The notes below the pieces were generated by a model that saw only the letters and a list, made by a program, of their open reading frames with translations, made no database searches and was not told where the DNA came from. Of a stretch of DNA of 64,000 nucleotides, positions 36,353-46,688 are shown piece after piece. The stretch's first letter is position 1; each line of letters begins with the position of its first letter. The position numbers and the translations under genes were made by a program. The stretch comes from Parvularcula marina (GTDB lineage Bacteria; Pseudomonadota; Alphaproteobacteria; Caulobacterales; Parvularculaceae). Location: positions 316,290 through 380,289 of the forward strand of contig NZ_QUQO01000002.1 in NCBI RefSeq assembly GCF_003399445.1, in the 5' to 3' direction.

Positions 36353-37858
36353 TCAGACCTCAAACGTCACGCCCTGCGCGAGGGGCAGGTCGGCCGAGTA
36401 ATTGATGGTGTTGGTCGCGCGGCGCATATAGGCCTTCCACGCATCCGAGCCTGACTCGCGGCCACCGCCGGTTTCCTTCTCTCCACCAAAGGCACCGCCA
36501 ATCTCCGCGCCGGACGTGCCGATGTTCACATTGGCGATTCCGCAATCTGAACCTGCCGCGGAGAGGAACTGCTCCGCCTCCCGCATATTCATGGTAAAGA
36601 TGGAAGAGGAGAGCCCGGCGCCGACATCGTTCTGCAGCGCGATCGCCTCATCAAGATCGCTATAGCGCATGACATAAAGGATCGGTGCGAAGGTTTCCTC
36701 CCGGACGATTCCCTCATGCGCGGGCATTTCGGCAAGGGCGGGCCGGGCATAATAGGCGCCGGATGCGCCCGTCTCGAACCGCTCCCCGCCATGGACCTTG
36801 CCGCCCTGGCTGCGCGCGCGTTCAAGCGCATATTGCATATTCTCGAATGAGCCTGCGTCGATCAGCGGGCCGATCAGGGTTTTCTCCTCACGCGGATCTC
36901 CGATGGGTACGCTGCTGTAAGCGGCAATCAGCTTCGGCATGAAATCATCATAGAGGCTGTCATGCAGGAAGAGCCGCCGCATCGTCGTGCAACGCTGGCC
37001 CGCCGTGCCGGTTGCGGAGAAAAGAACCCCCCGCAAAGTAAGGTCGAGATCGGCTGTCGGGCAGACGATCGCCGCATTGTTCCCTCCAAGCTCCAAAATC
37101 GGGCGGGCAAAACGCGCGGCAAGGCGCGGGCCGACTTCACGGCCCATACGGGTCGAGCCGGTCGCAGAAAGGACGGGTACGTCCTTGTGGTCGACGAGCT
37201 TCTCGCCAATTTCACGGGCCCCGATGAGAACGGCATGAAGCCCGTCCGGCACGTCACCGAATTTCTTCGCCGCGCGTTCGAAGATCGCATTGCAGGCAAG
37301 TGCCGTCAGTGGCGTTTTCTCGGAAGGCTTCCAGACAACCGCATTGCCGCAGACAAGGGCGAGGGCCGCGTTCCAGCTCCACACCGCAACGGGAAAGTTG
37401 AAAGCGGAGATGATGCCGACGACACCGGCCGGGTGCCAGCTTTCCATCATTCTGTGCCCGGCGCGTTCGGACGCAATCGTCAGACCGTAAAGCTGGCGCG
37501 AGAGGCCAACCGCGAAGTCGCAGATATCGATCATCTCCTGGACTTCACCGAGGCCCTCGGAGGTCACCTTACCGGCTTCCAGGGTCACCAGGCGGCCAAG
37601 CTCTGCCTTGCTGGCGCGCAGCTCTTCACCGAGCAGGCGGACGAATTCGCCGCGCCGGGGGGCGGGCACGCTGCGCCATTTCAGGAACGCGTCGCGGGCG
37701 CGGGCGACGGCGGCATCCACATCGCCTTGCGTATGAACTTCGGCAATCACTTCGCCCGTAATCGGAGAGGTGACGGAGAGATCGCCGCTGTTGAACTGCG
37801 CGGCGGGCACGCCGATTTTCTCAAGCAGTTCTGTTGTTTCGTCCCTGACATCGCGCAT
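36353..37858 (-). CDS. NAD(P)-dependent aldehyde dehydrogenase family protein
   Basis: ALDH catalytic Cys region (ELGGNNAAIV...GQRCT) and Glu active site, 501 aa. Confidence 0.85.
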   Translation of the reverse strand: MRDVRDETTELLEKIGVPAAQFNSGDLSVTSPITGEVIAEVHTQGDVDAAVARARDAFLKWRSVPAPRRGEFVRLLGEELRASKAELGRLVTLEAGKVTSEGLGEVQEMIDICDFAVGLSRQLYGLTIASERAGHRMMESWHPAGVVGIISAFNFPVAVWSWNAALALVCGNAVVWKPSEKTPLTALACNAIFERAAKKFGDVPDGLHAVLIGAREIGEKLVDHKDVPVLSATGSTRMGREVGPRLAARFARPILELGGNNAAIVCPTADLDLTLRGVLFSATGTAGQRCTTMRRLFLHDSLYDDFMPKLIAAYSSVPIGDPREEKTLIGPLIDAGSFENMQYALERARSQGGKVHGGERFETGASGAYYARPALAEMPAHEGIVREETFAPILYVMRYSDLDEAIALQNDVGAGLSSSIFTMNMREAEQFLSAAGSDCGIANVNIGTSGAEIGGAFGGEKETGGGRESGSDAWKAYMRRATNTINYSADLPLAQGVTFEV

Positions 37859-37913
37859 TATCTGTTCTCCGTTCCTGGCGGTGCACGGGTTTTACAGATG
37901 TGCGCCGCGCCGC

Positions 37914-38684
37914 CTAGCCCGCTTCGCGGTTCAGCTCCCTCCCGAGGTGAAACCGGTCCGGCGCATTGGCATAAATCCGCGTGCCGGCATGGGCACCCAT
38001 CGCGGTCACATGGATCGTCAGCGTGCGGGTATCGGCAAAGGAGATCGCCTTGGGTTGGACCAGCACGCCGCCGACTTTATAGGCGGTCAGGGTCGACACT
38101 GTCTCATATCGCTGGGCGTCGGCGTGATGATTTGGGTCCTTGTCATATAGACCGTCTACGTCCTTGATGAGATGGCATTCAGGCGCGCCAAGCTCCGAGG
38201 CGATAAAGAGCGCCGAGAGGTCACTCCCGCCCCGGCCCAGAAGGACCGGCTCATCAAGTTGGTCGATGCCTGAATATCCCGGAATGATCAGCAGGGGGCA
38301 TTCCTCGAGCGTTGCCTCAAGGAACCGCCGGTCAAGCGAAAGCGGTGCGGCATCCATCCGGTTGCCCGCCGCCCGCAAGCGGATCTCAGCAGGTGAGAGC
38401 GCACGGGCGGTCTCGCTCCGGCCTTCAAGCTCCCGAGCAAGGGCATCGGCGCTGGCAAATTCCCCGGCAGCAATCAGGCCCGCTCGAGCCGGGGATTCTG
38501 CTTCCAGACCCTTCTCATTGGCCTCGAAGATCCGCCGGTCGGTTTCTCCGGCAAAGGCCGAGACGACCGCGATGACCGGCGCGCCCGTCATCCGCCAGCG
38601 CAGCATTTCCGTTGCGACCGCCGGGAGGTCAGCTTCAGAACGCAGGACAGAACTGCCGAATTTCAGGACATGGATACGGGCCAT
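37914..38684 (-). CDS. Amino-acid kinase family protein (aspartate/glutamate/uridylate kinase fold)
   Basis: The N-terminal IHVLKFGSSVL...VIAVVSAFAGETD nucleotide-binding motif is typical of the carbamate-kinase fold. The MARIHV start is preferred, with GGAAGG upstream. Confidence 0.65.
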   Translation of the reverse strand: MARIHVLKFGSSVLRSEADLPAVATEMLRWRMTGAPVIAVVSAFAGETDRRIFEANEKGLEAESPARAGLIAAGEFASADALARELEGRSETARALSPAEIRLRAAGNRMDAAPLSLDRRFLEATLEECPLLIIPGYSGIDQLDEPVLLGRGGSDLSALFIASELGAPECHLIKDVDGLYDKDPNHHADAQRYETVSTLTAYKVGGVLVQPKAISFADTRTLTIHVTAMGAHAGTRIYANAPDRFHLGRELNREAG

Positions 38685-38959
38685 CGAATACACCTTCCGT
38701 AGACATACAAATGCCGAAGACGGCCTGCCTGCGGAAGAAATATGGAGCACAAAGGGAGAAACGGGCGCGAGGGGACTCGCTCAATCTGGCCCGACCCCGC
38801 TTTAGCTGTATTTCTTAAAGCGCCCGCAAGCTGAGATCGTCAAATCGGCGCTGAGGCGGCTCAATGGCATGATCATGGGGCATTGTCCAGACGGGATCAC
38901 GAAGAGGGGTTTTCATCGGCATGAAAGCGGTGCTATTGCCCCGCTTCTGGCCCAGAAGG

Positions 38960-39033
38960 GCGGGTATAGTTCAACGGTAGAACGGCAGCCTTCCAAGCTG
39001 CATATGCCGGTTCGATTCCGGCTACCCGCTCCA
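38960..39033 (+). tRNA. tRNA-Gly (TCC)
   Basis: Acceptor GCGGGTA/TACCCGC, anticodon arm GCAGC-CTTCCAA-GCTGC, T-arm CCGGTTCGATTCCGG and an encoded CCA. It is highly similar to the canonical glyT. Confidence 0.9.
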
Positions 39034-39100
39034 TCTGCCGGCATTTCTTGTCTCCCCATCACCGCCGTAGCAGAACGGGTTTTTCGCGTGAGGGGATGTC

Positions 39101-40249
39101 ATGAGCGGATTTCAGTTCAGCCCGGCAGTCGATCTGCCCGCCGACTGGCGGCAAGGACTGTTTGCGGGGCGCATTGATCGGGGCGAAGGGCCGACGCCGG
39201 TTATCATCAGGGGCGGGCATCTATTCGATGTGGCGGCCATCGCGCCGACAGTTTCTGAGCTGATGGAAATGGATGTATCATCCATCGAGGGCATCGATCT
39301 AGGGGAGCTTGAGGGGTTCAGCCTGTCCGCAGAGGAAGGCGCGCCAGTTCGGCTACTCTCTCCCATCGATCTGCAATGCGTGAAGGCAGCAGGGGTGACC
39401 TTTGCTGTCTCAACCCTTGAACGGGTGATCGAGGAGCGGGCGAGGGGTGATGCGTCCGGCGCGCTGGCGATCCGGCAGCAGCTTGAAAAGGAGGTTGGGT
39501 CTGGGCTTCAGACCGTCGTACCGGGGACTGAAGAAGCCGCCGCCCTCAAATCCGTCCTGATTGAGGCGGGGCTTTGGTCACAATATCTAGAAGTCGCGAT
39601 CGGTCCTGATGCGGAGATTTTCACCAAGGCACCGGTGCTCTCATCTGTCGGCTGGGGGCAACAGATCGGTGTGCGGTCGGATTCCCATTGGAACAATCCC
39701 GAGCCTGAAGTCGTGTTGGCTGCGCGCGCAGACGGCACGCCGGTGGGCGCGATGCTCGGCAATGATGTCAATCTGCGGGATTTTGAAGGGCGCTCGGCGC
39801 TGCTCCTCAGCAAGGCCAAGGACAATAACGCATCCTGTTCGCTGGGGCCGTTCATTCGGCTCTTCGATGAGGGCTTCACGCTTGATGATGTGCGGGCGAT
39901 GGATATCACTTCGCGGATTGAGGGCCCGGAGGGCTTCACTCTCGAAGGCGTCAATTCGATGAGCCAGATCAGTCGAGATCCGACGGACCTCCTCAAACAA
40001 TGCCTCAGCCAGCATCAGTATCCGGATGGATTTGTGCTGTTCCTCGGGACCATGTTCGCACCGACCGAAGATCGGGGCGCCGCAGGCGAAGGCTTCACCC
40101 ACAAAATGGGTGACAAAGTCTCGATCTCATCTGCACGGCTTGGCCGACTGATCAATCAGGTGACGACCTCGAAAGAGGCTGCCCCATGGCGTTTCGGGAT
40201 CAGGGAGCTGATGGCCAATCTGGCGGCCCGCGGGCTTCTGACCCGCTGA
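39101..40249 (+). CDS. Fumarylacetoacetate hydrolase (FAH) family protein, long form
   Basis: ~380 aa whose C-terminal half resembles the FAH fold, with conserved Asp/Glu clusters. This is a family-level call only. Confidence 0.5.
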   Translation: MSGFQFSPAVDLPADWRQGLFAGRIDRGEGPTPVIIRGGHLFDVAAIAPTVSELMEMDVSSIEGIDLGELEGFSLSAEEGAPVRLLSPIDLQCVKAAGVTFAVSTLERVIEERARGDASGALAIRQQLEKEVGSGLQTVVPGTEEAAALKSVLIEAGLWSQYLEVAIGPDAEIFTKAPVLSSVGWGQQIGVRSDSHWNNPEPEVVLAARADGTPVGAMLGNDVNLRDFEGRSALLLSKAKDNNASCSLGPFIRLFDEGFTLDDVRAMDITSRIEGPEGFTLEGVNSMSQISRDPTDLLKQCLSQHQYPDGFVLFLGTMFAPTEDRGAAGEGFTHKMGDKVSISSARLGRLINQVTTSKEAAPWRFGIRELMANLAARGLLTR

Positions 40250-40264
40250 GCCGCCGGATCAGGA

Positions 40265-43200
40265 TCAGGCGATATCGACTTCGATGTAAGTCGTATTCTC
40301 CGTCGCCGGATTTTCATCGAAACCTTCAAGATCGAAGGGCGGCGAGTCATTCGGGATCGGGAAGATCGTTGCGAAGGGCTCATTGTCGATGAAGGTGAAG
40401 GTTTCGTCGAAGGCGAAATCATCATCCGTGGTCGAGGTGGAGTTCGGGAACAGGCTGAAGCTCGGTCCATTGAAGAAGTCCGAGGTGATCCCGGCAGTGA
40501 ACCGCAACAGCCCGATGAACAATTCGAGGCTGAACCCAAGCTGGGTGAGGTTCGAGAACACCGCGTCCATATCAACGTCGATCGTGAAGTCGATGAGACC
40601 GTCCGCATCCCCCATTGTGTCAACGTCAAAGCCTGTCGGGGCCGTGACGGTGATGTCATCACCGACATTATAGCCGGTGATCGTGCTGCCATCCTCAAGC
40701 GTGAGGAGAAGCGGCAGATCTTCGATCGTCAGCTCGAAGTCCTGGATCGCGGCCAGTGTCGCGATCAGGTCGATGGCAATCAGGTCAAAGCCATATTCAA
40801 CCGAGATGAGGTTGAGGTTGACACCGGCCACAGACGTGGTCAGCCCGAAGCTGCCAGACTCGCCGAAGGTGACTGGCGCACCGCCCAGTGCTGCGGAAAT
40901 GCCTTCCGCGATGATGGCGTCAATATCGATCGACAGGCTGGCAATATCGTCCGTCTTCTGATCCGGATCGAGGTTCCGCAGCGTATCCGGATCAACTGGG
41001 ACACCAGTCGTGTTGATGACCGGCGCGTTGAAGGACAGCGTTCCGAAACCGGCGAGATCGAATTCGAGTTCGTTCTCGCTGGGGTCGGGGAAGTTGAAGA
41101 TATTGAAGCCGGGCTCGCCTTGATTGCCCTTGAAGCCATCAATGTCGCCTGTATCGAAATCGAAGATATCGATCTTGGTGCTGCCGACATAGAGGTCGAG
41201 CGAGGTATCGAGATCGAAGACGAAGTCGAGGCCGAAGCTGACCTGCGGGCTCATGGTAGAGAAGGTCGCGCCGCCATCAAGCGTATAGGCCGATCCGATG
41301 GTGAAAGTGTCACCTGCTTCGACCTGACGCGGCACGGTGAAGACCACCTCGACCGGCAGATTGGCATCGACGCTGCCGGAGTTGAGATAGAAATAAGGCT
41401 GAAGGCCCGCTTTCACATCAAGCCCGCCAACGGTCCGGACGCTCGGTACAGAGATCGATGTCGGAACATCGTCGTCCTCACAATCCCCTCCGAAGAAATC
41501 GACCACGGCACAGCCAAGATCTTCGAGCGCATCAACAACAGAGCCGATCCCTTCGAGGATCGATTGCAGGACGCCGCCGGCAAATGTCTGACCGCCCAGA
41601 ATGGTCGTGCTGAGTGAGGTGTACTCATCAATGCCGAGGAAGGGCAGGTCGGGATCGAGGATGATCGCATCCCCTGTGCCGAACTGGCTCTGCCCTTCGG
41701 TGACGAAGACGAGATCGTCGGTGAAGTCTATATCGGCATCGTCAGCACCAACCACCGTGACCGTAATGGTCTTGGCTTCGCTGGTATCAGTCGGCGTGCC
41801 GCTATCGTCGATGGCGACATACTGGAAGGTCATGTCGCGGGTCTCACCGGCTTCGAGGAACTGGAACTGGTTGTTCCCGGACGGATCGGTGATCAGGTTA
41901 AAGGTGAATGTGCCGTCGCCATTATTGACGACCTCACCATATTGATGCCCGAACTCATCCATCGGCAGGCCGAGGATCTGATAGCTGAGGATATCGGTGG
42001 CATCGACGTCGCTGGCATTGAACATGCCGGTGACATTGAGCGCATCCTCGCTGACGGAGACCATGACATCTTGTGCGATCGGTTCGTCATTCGTCCCGAA
42101 GATGGTGATCGAGACATCGGTCGTGGCGGCGCCGCCATTCCCATCATCAATGGTGACCGTATAAACCTCGGTGATGGTCTCACCATCGGCGAGGAACTGC
42201 ACCAGATCGTCATCGAGGGCATAATCCCAACGGACCCAGCCGCCGTCACCCAGACCCGTCGTATCCATGACGAGCGACGAGACTAGCCCGCCTAGTTGGC
42301 CGCCAGGATTGGTCGTCGATTTGAAGACGGCCGAGGTCGTGTGCGTATCGGAAAGGTCAACATCACCGAAACCGATATTGCCGGTATCTGTGAGTGTGAC
42401 CCCGCCATCTTCTTCGATGACAGAGCCATCATCCGTGCTCTCAATGGTCACGAGATCATTGACGCCATTGATGACAATCTTGAGCGTCTTCTCGACGCTC
42501 GAGACAAGACCATCCGTAGACGTATAGACAAAGGTGATCATGTCCATCTCGCCGACGGCGAGGAAGTCGAACGCATCCTTCTGATCGAAGCTCCAGGTGC
42601 CGTCCGGATTAACGGTCAGCATCGCGTCTTCATTGGGAAGGACCGAAGCGCCATCATAAAGATAGACGCCCGGATTCTCGACCGTCAGGGTCTCGCCAAA
42701 GACGGAGATATCATTGTCGAAGAGATCCCCAGTGACGATGATATTCTCGTCAGTGGTCGCATCATCGTCTTCAGGACGGATCTTGAAGCTGTTGGGTACC
42801 TCAAAGTCCGGCTCGGGAGCCACAAAGCTGCCCGGATCCATGGTCGGCCGCACAAACTGGAGGAAGACTTTCTCAAGATCATCAACCGTGAGGTCTTCAT
42901 ATTTGTCGACGCCGAAGGTGATGAGCTCCTCATCAGTCTGCCAGAAGCCCTGGAAGCTGAAGGGCGAGCCGGTATTCGGGTTGAGGGTCTGTACCTCACC
43001 CAGCTCAAAGACTGTGTTCTGACTGACATCGCGGATCCAGACAAAACTGCCATTGGCGAACTGGATGGCTAGGTCATTATCCGTGAAGGTCAACCCGCCT
43101 TCTTCGTAGAGCTCCACTGGTGTGTAATCCAGGACATCAACGGAGAAGTAGTTGATATAATCATCCAGCACCGCAAACAGCTTGTTGGTGATATTGCCGG

Positions 43201-45193
43201 TCAGCGCATCACTGCCATCCGTGTACGTGACGTTGAAGCAGATCTGGTCGGACTGGTTGCCGTCAAAATCCATGATGAAGGTCTGGAAGAGACCATTCGC
43301 GTCGATGGAATCGACTGTGACATTCCCCATGCCGTCCGTGGACGTGGTCACGACGATGTCGATGATGAAATCATCGGCCCCTTCTTCGCCATAGAGGTAG
43401 TTCTGCCCCTGACGTCCGGCGAGCGTATCGTCATGCTCACCGCCGAAGAGCAGGTCGAAGCCCGTGGTGACGGTATTCCCGCCAAGGATGAAGTCGTCAT
43501 CCTCTTCGCCATCGAGGGTGTAATCCCCGGTGCCAGAGCCAATCAGCGTGTCATTGCCTGTACCGCCAAGCACGGTGTCGCCGCCGATGGCGATGTCATC
43601 TTCCGTCCCGAACACGCCATCCATGCCGACGTCATAGACATAGTCCGTGCCCGCATTGCCAGCGTCGATGATGTCATCTCCCGCGCCGCCATCAACGACG
43701 TCGTCACCATTGCCGGCCTGGATCACATCATCACCGTCACCGCCCGAGATCGTGTCGTTCCCGGCGTCGCCGTCGATCGTGTCATGGCCGAGGCCACCTG
43801 CAATATTGTCCGCGCCGGCCTCACCATCGAGGCAGTCATCATCTGCGCCGCCATCGATCGTGTCATCGCCCGCGCCGCCAAGAATGGTGTCATCACCTTC
43901 ATTACCAGCGAGGAGGTCGACTGCATTACCCCCATCAATGGCGTCGGCCCCGAGGCCGCCCGCGACCGTGTCCGCGCCTTCTCCGCCGAACAGCGTGTCA
44001 TTGCCATCACCGCCGGTGATGTCGTCATTGTCATCGCCGCCATCGATATAGTCGTCGCCATTGACGCCTTCGAGAACGTCCGCGCCGCCTTCGCCGAAGA
44101 TGACGTCATTGCCGTCATCACCGAAGAAGCCGCTTTCGACATCAAAGGCATCCGAGCCGGAGATCGAGTCATCGCCAGCGCCGCCGAGCATGGTGTCATT
44201 GCCCTGACCGCCGCGAATGTCGTCATCGCCGCCTTCGCCCTCGATGAAATCATCATCATCATTACCCGACAGGCTGTCATTGCCCGCGCCACCGAAGATC
44301 TTGTCGTCACCGGCGCTGCCATCGACATCGTCATCGCCTTCATTGCCGAAAAGGACATCCTCGTCCTTGCCGCCGTCGATGTCGTCATCGTCAAGACCGC
44401 CAAGGATCGTGTCCTGACCATCGCCACCTTGAAGATTGTCTTCACCGGCCTGACCGAAGATCAGGTCATCGCCTTCATTCCCGGTGATGTCGTCGCCCTG
44501 ACCGATCTCATCGCCGCCGACGAGGGTGTCGTCGTCCTTTTGTCCCTTAATCGTATCAACGCCTGCACCGCCAAAGACGAGGTCATTGGCATTGCCGCCA
44601 TAGATCGTGTCCGAGCCATCCTGACCGAGGAGCGTGTCATCTGCATTGTTGCCCGAAAGAATATCTGCGCCGGACCCGCCAAACAGCAGGTCGATCCCGC
44701 CGCCGCCTTTCAGCGTGTCGTCACCATCCGCGCCATCGATCGTGTCGCGGTTAAAGCCGCCGTCGATATTGTCGTCACCGCCCGCACCCAGCAACAGGTC
44801 ATGGTGATCGCCGCCGAAGATGACGTCATCGCCGCTGTCGCCGCAGATCGTGTCATTGCCGCCCTGACCATCGATCGTGTCGTCATTGCCCTGACCACGG
44901 ATGATGTCATTGCCGCCGCCGCCATAGATGAGGTCGGCGCCTTCCACGCTTGATTCATCGAGAGGGCCGTCATCACCGGAGAGAATATCATCGCCTCCCT
45001 GGCCCTTGATCGTATCGGCGCCGCCGCCCCCGAAAATGGTGTCCTTGCCTTTGCCGCCTTGGCCGAAATCCTGTCCTTCAAGAAGGTAGATCAGATCGTG
45101 CCCGCCGCGACCGTCCACATTATCGTCACCGCTGAGGTCTTCCCCAAGACCCGGAAATGTTTCGGACGTGTCGTCGCCAATAATATTCGCCAT
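40265..45193 (-). CDS. Giant (1642 aa) calcium-binding repeat protein with an N-terminal RTX nonapeptide block and a C-terminal Ig/cadherin-like repeat region
   Basis: A GGGAGAGG Shine-Dalgarno sequence precedes the ATG at 45193. The first ~600 aa are tandem GGxGxDx(I/L) repeats. The remainder is D/T/G-rich with VCBS/cadherin-like segments. No N-terminal signal peptide is obvious. Confidence 0.8.
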   Translation of the reverse strand: MANIIGDDTSETFPGLGEDLSGDDNVDGRGGHDLIYLLEGQDFGQGGKGKDTIFGGGGADTIKGQGGDDILSGDDGPLDESSVEGADLIYGGGGNDIIRGQGNDDTIDGQGGNDTICGDSGDDVIFGGDHHDLLLGAGGDDNIDGGFNRDTIDGADGDDTLKGGGGIDLLFGGSGADILSGNNADDTLLGQDGSDTIYGGNANDLVFGGAGVDTIKGQKDDDTLVGGDEIGQGDDITGNEGDDLIFGQAGEDNLQGGDGQDTILGGLDDDDIDGGKDEDVLFGNEGDDDVDGSAGDDKIFGGAGNDSLSGNDDDDFIEGEGGDDDIRGGQGNDTMLGGAGDDSISGSDAFDVESGFFGDDGNDVIFGEGGADVLEGVNGDDYIDGGDDNDDITGGDGNDTLFGGEGADTVAGGLGADAIDGGNAVDLLAGNEGDDTILGGAGDDTIDGGADDDCLDGEAGADNIAGGLGHDTIDGDAGNDTISGGDGDDVIQAGNGDDVVDGGAGDDIIDAGNAGTDYVYDVGMDGVFGTEDDIAIGGDTVLGGTGNDTLIGSGTGDYTLDGEEDDDFILGGNTVTTGFDLLFGGEHDDTLAGRQGQNYLYGEEGADDFIIDIVVTTSTDGMGNVTVDSIDANGLFQTFIMDFDGNQSDQICFNVTYTDGSDALTGNITNKLFAVLDDYINYFSVDVLDYTPVELYEEGGLTFTDNDLAIQFANGSFVWIRDVSQNTVFELGEVQTLNPNTGSPFSFQGFWQTDEELITFGVDKYEDLTVDDLEKVFLQFVRPTMDPGSFVAPEPDFEVPNSFKIRPEDDDATTDENIIVTGDLFDNDISVFGETLTVENPGVYLYDGASVLPNEDAMLTVNPDGTWSFDQKDAFDFLAVGEMDMITFVYTSTDGLVSSVEKTLKIVINGVNDLVTIESTDDGSVIEEDGGVTLTDTGNIGFGDVDLSDTHTTSAVFKSTTNPGGQLGGLVSSLVMDTTGLGDGGWVRWDYALDDDLVQFLADGETITEVYTVTIDDGNGGAATTDVSITIFGTNDEPIAQDVMVSVSEDALNVTGMFNASDVDATDILSYQILGLPMDEFGHQYGEVVNNGDGTFTFNLITDPSGNNQFQFLEAGETRDMTFQYVAIDDSGTPTDTSEAKTITVTVVGADDADIDFTDDLVFVTEGQSQFGTGDAIILDPDLPFLGIDEYTSLSTTILGGQTFAGGVLQSILEGIGSVVDALEDLGCAVVDFFGGDCEDDDVPTSISVPSVRTVGGLDVKAGLQPYFYLNSGSVDANLPVEVVFTVPRQVEAGDTFTIGSAYTLDGGATFSTMSPQVSFGLDFVFDLDTSLDLYVGSTKIDIFDFDTGDIDGFKGNQGEPGFNIFNFPDPSENELEFDLAGFGTLSFNAPVINTTGVPVDPDTLRNLDPDQKTDDIASLSIDIDAIIAEGISAALGGAPVTFGESGSFGLTTSVAGVNLNLISVEYGFDLIAIDLIATLAAIQDFELTIEDLPLLLTLEDGSTITGYNVGDDITVTAPTGFDVDTMGDADGLIDFTIDVDMDAVFSNLTQLGFSLELFIGLLRFTAGITSDFFNGPSFSLFPNSTSTTDDDFAFDETFTFIDNEPFATIFPIPNDSPPFDLEGFDENPATENTTYIEVDIA

Positions 45194-45497
45194 GATATGT
45201 ACCTCTCCCTTGGTTAACGCAGGTTAAGGTGAGCGGCATTGAGCGTACCCCCACGAATGGGGGGGATATCATCCGAGTTTACCATTTCCGGGGCCGAAAG
45301 CGCCTTCATATCGCTGCCACTGGCAGGGATTTGGCTGTATCTCATCGAATACTGTGTGGATAACCGTCGACCTTCATTAGAAGAATAAGGCACTCTGTTT
45401 CCATTGAGCGTCAAAATAGCTGCGCGCTGCCTGCATTGACGGTCCACAGAAGCGCTGTATGTGCGCTCAAGACCTCAAAGGCCTGATCTCACAACCC

Positions 45498-46682
45498 ATG
45501 CGCATCATCGCTGCGAATCGCTTCTACCGGCCCGACCATTCTGCAACGAGCCAGATCCTGACTGATCTGGCCGAGGCGCTGGTCCGGGACGGCCATGAGG
45601 TCACGGTCATCACCAGCCGGCTAGGCTATGAGGATGCCGCGGCTGATCTGCCCAAACGCGAGACGCTCGACGGGGTCGAGGTGATCCGGGTCTGGAGTAC
45701 AAAGCTCGGCCGGGCAGGGGTCTTTGGCCGGATGCTCGATTACCTGACCTATTACCTCTCGGCCTTCCTTGCCCTGATCAATGTCGTGAGGCGAGGCGAT
45801 GTCCTGATCGCCAAGACTGACCCACCGATGATTTCCGTTGCGGCGGGCCTTGTCTCGAAGATGAAAGGCGCGCGGCTCGTCAATTGGTGTCAGGACCTTT
45901 TTCCGGAAGTCGCAGGCGCGCTCGGCATGTCATGGGCCAATGGCCCGCTCGGAAAATCGATGGTCTGGCTGCGCAACCGGTCACTCAAGGGTGCGGCGCT
46001 GAATGTCGTTCTCAATGAGAATATGAAAGAGCATCTGATCGCCGAAGGCATGCCAGAGACGAATATCTCGGTCCTATCCAACTGGTGCGATGCGCGAATC
46101 CGTCCCGTTCCCGAGACGGAGAATGAGCTGCGCCGCGAATGGGGGCTCGAGGATAAGACGGTCATTGCTTATTCGGGCAATCTTGGCCGCGCACATCTGC
46201 CGCCACAGATCGCAGAGTTGATACAGCGCACACGGCATATTGAGGGATTGGCGTGGCTGTTCATCGGTGGCGGCAAGGGTGCCGATGAGGTCCGACGGGC
46301 GGCGGCCTCAGAAGAAGGCGGCACGGTCCTTTTCAAACCCTATCAGCCGCTGGAGCGGTTATCGGAAAGCCTGTCTGTTGCTGATATTCATCTGATCAGC
46401 CTTGCGCCTGAATGCGAGGGGCTGATCATGCCGTCAAAATATTATGGCGTCCTCGCCGTGGACCGGCCGGTCCTGTTCCTTGGCAGCCCGGATGGCGCAA
46501 TTGCCCGGGACTTACGCGAACATGGGCATGGTGTGGCGATCGATCATGAGGCGCCCGAAAGCTGGCGCCCGGCGGTCGAAGAGCTGCTGGCCAGCCATAA
46601 AGACCGCCGGGGGCTGATTGATCCTGCCTGGGGTCATGCGGGGCTGGGCGAATGGCGCGCGGCGCTGAAGGAACTTGGCTGA
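45498..46682 (+). CDS. Family 4 glycosyltransferase (WcaI-like)
   Basis: MRIIAANRFYRPDHSATSQ N-terminus characteristic of WcaI-type GT4 enzymes, and a C-terminal GT1/GT4 catalytic domain with an EX7E-like region. Confidence 0.75.
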   Translation: MRIIAANRFYRPDHSATSQILTDLAEALVRDGHEVTVITSRLGYEDAAADLPKRETLDGVEVIRVWSTKLGRAGVFGRMLDYLTYYLSAFLALINVVRRGDVLIAKTDPPMISVAAGLVSKMKGARLVNWCQDLFPEVAGALGMSWANGPLGKSMVWLRNRSLKGAALNVVLNENMKEHLIAEGMPETNISVLSNWCDARIRPVPETENELRREWGLEDKTVIAYSGNLGRAHLPPQIAELIQRTRHIEGLAWLFIGGGKGADEVRRAAASEEGGTVLFKPYQPLERLSESLSVADIHLISLAPECEGLIMPSKYYGVLAVDRPVLFLGSPDGAIARDLREHGHGVAIDHEAPESWRPAVEELLASHKDRRGLIDPAWGHAGLGEWRAALKELG

Positions 46683-46688
46683 CCCTGC

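Noticed and set aside
36188-36454. 88-aa plus-strand ORF spanning direct-repeat copy 2
   Set aside because: It runs through a repeat that is non-coding in copy 1 and overlaps the aldehyde dehydrogenase gene 3' end. It is most likely a repeat-derived open frame.
36962-38167. 401-aa plus-strand ORF
   Set aside because: It is antisense to the aldehyde dehydrogenase and amino-acid kinase genes and has Arg/Gly-rich composition.
43433-44953. 506-aa plus-strand ORF (VIA/AAV-rich)
   Set aside because: It is a low-complexity mirror of the GGxGxD repeats of the giant protein on the opposite strand, which has a strong Shine-Dalgarno sequence and a coherent domain structure.
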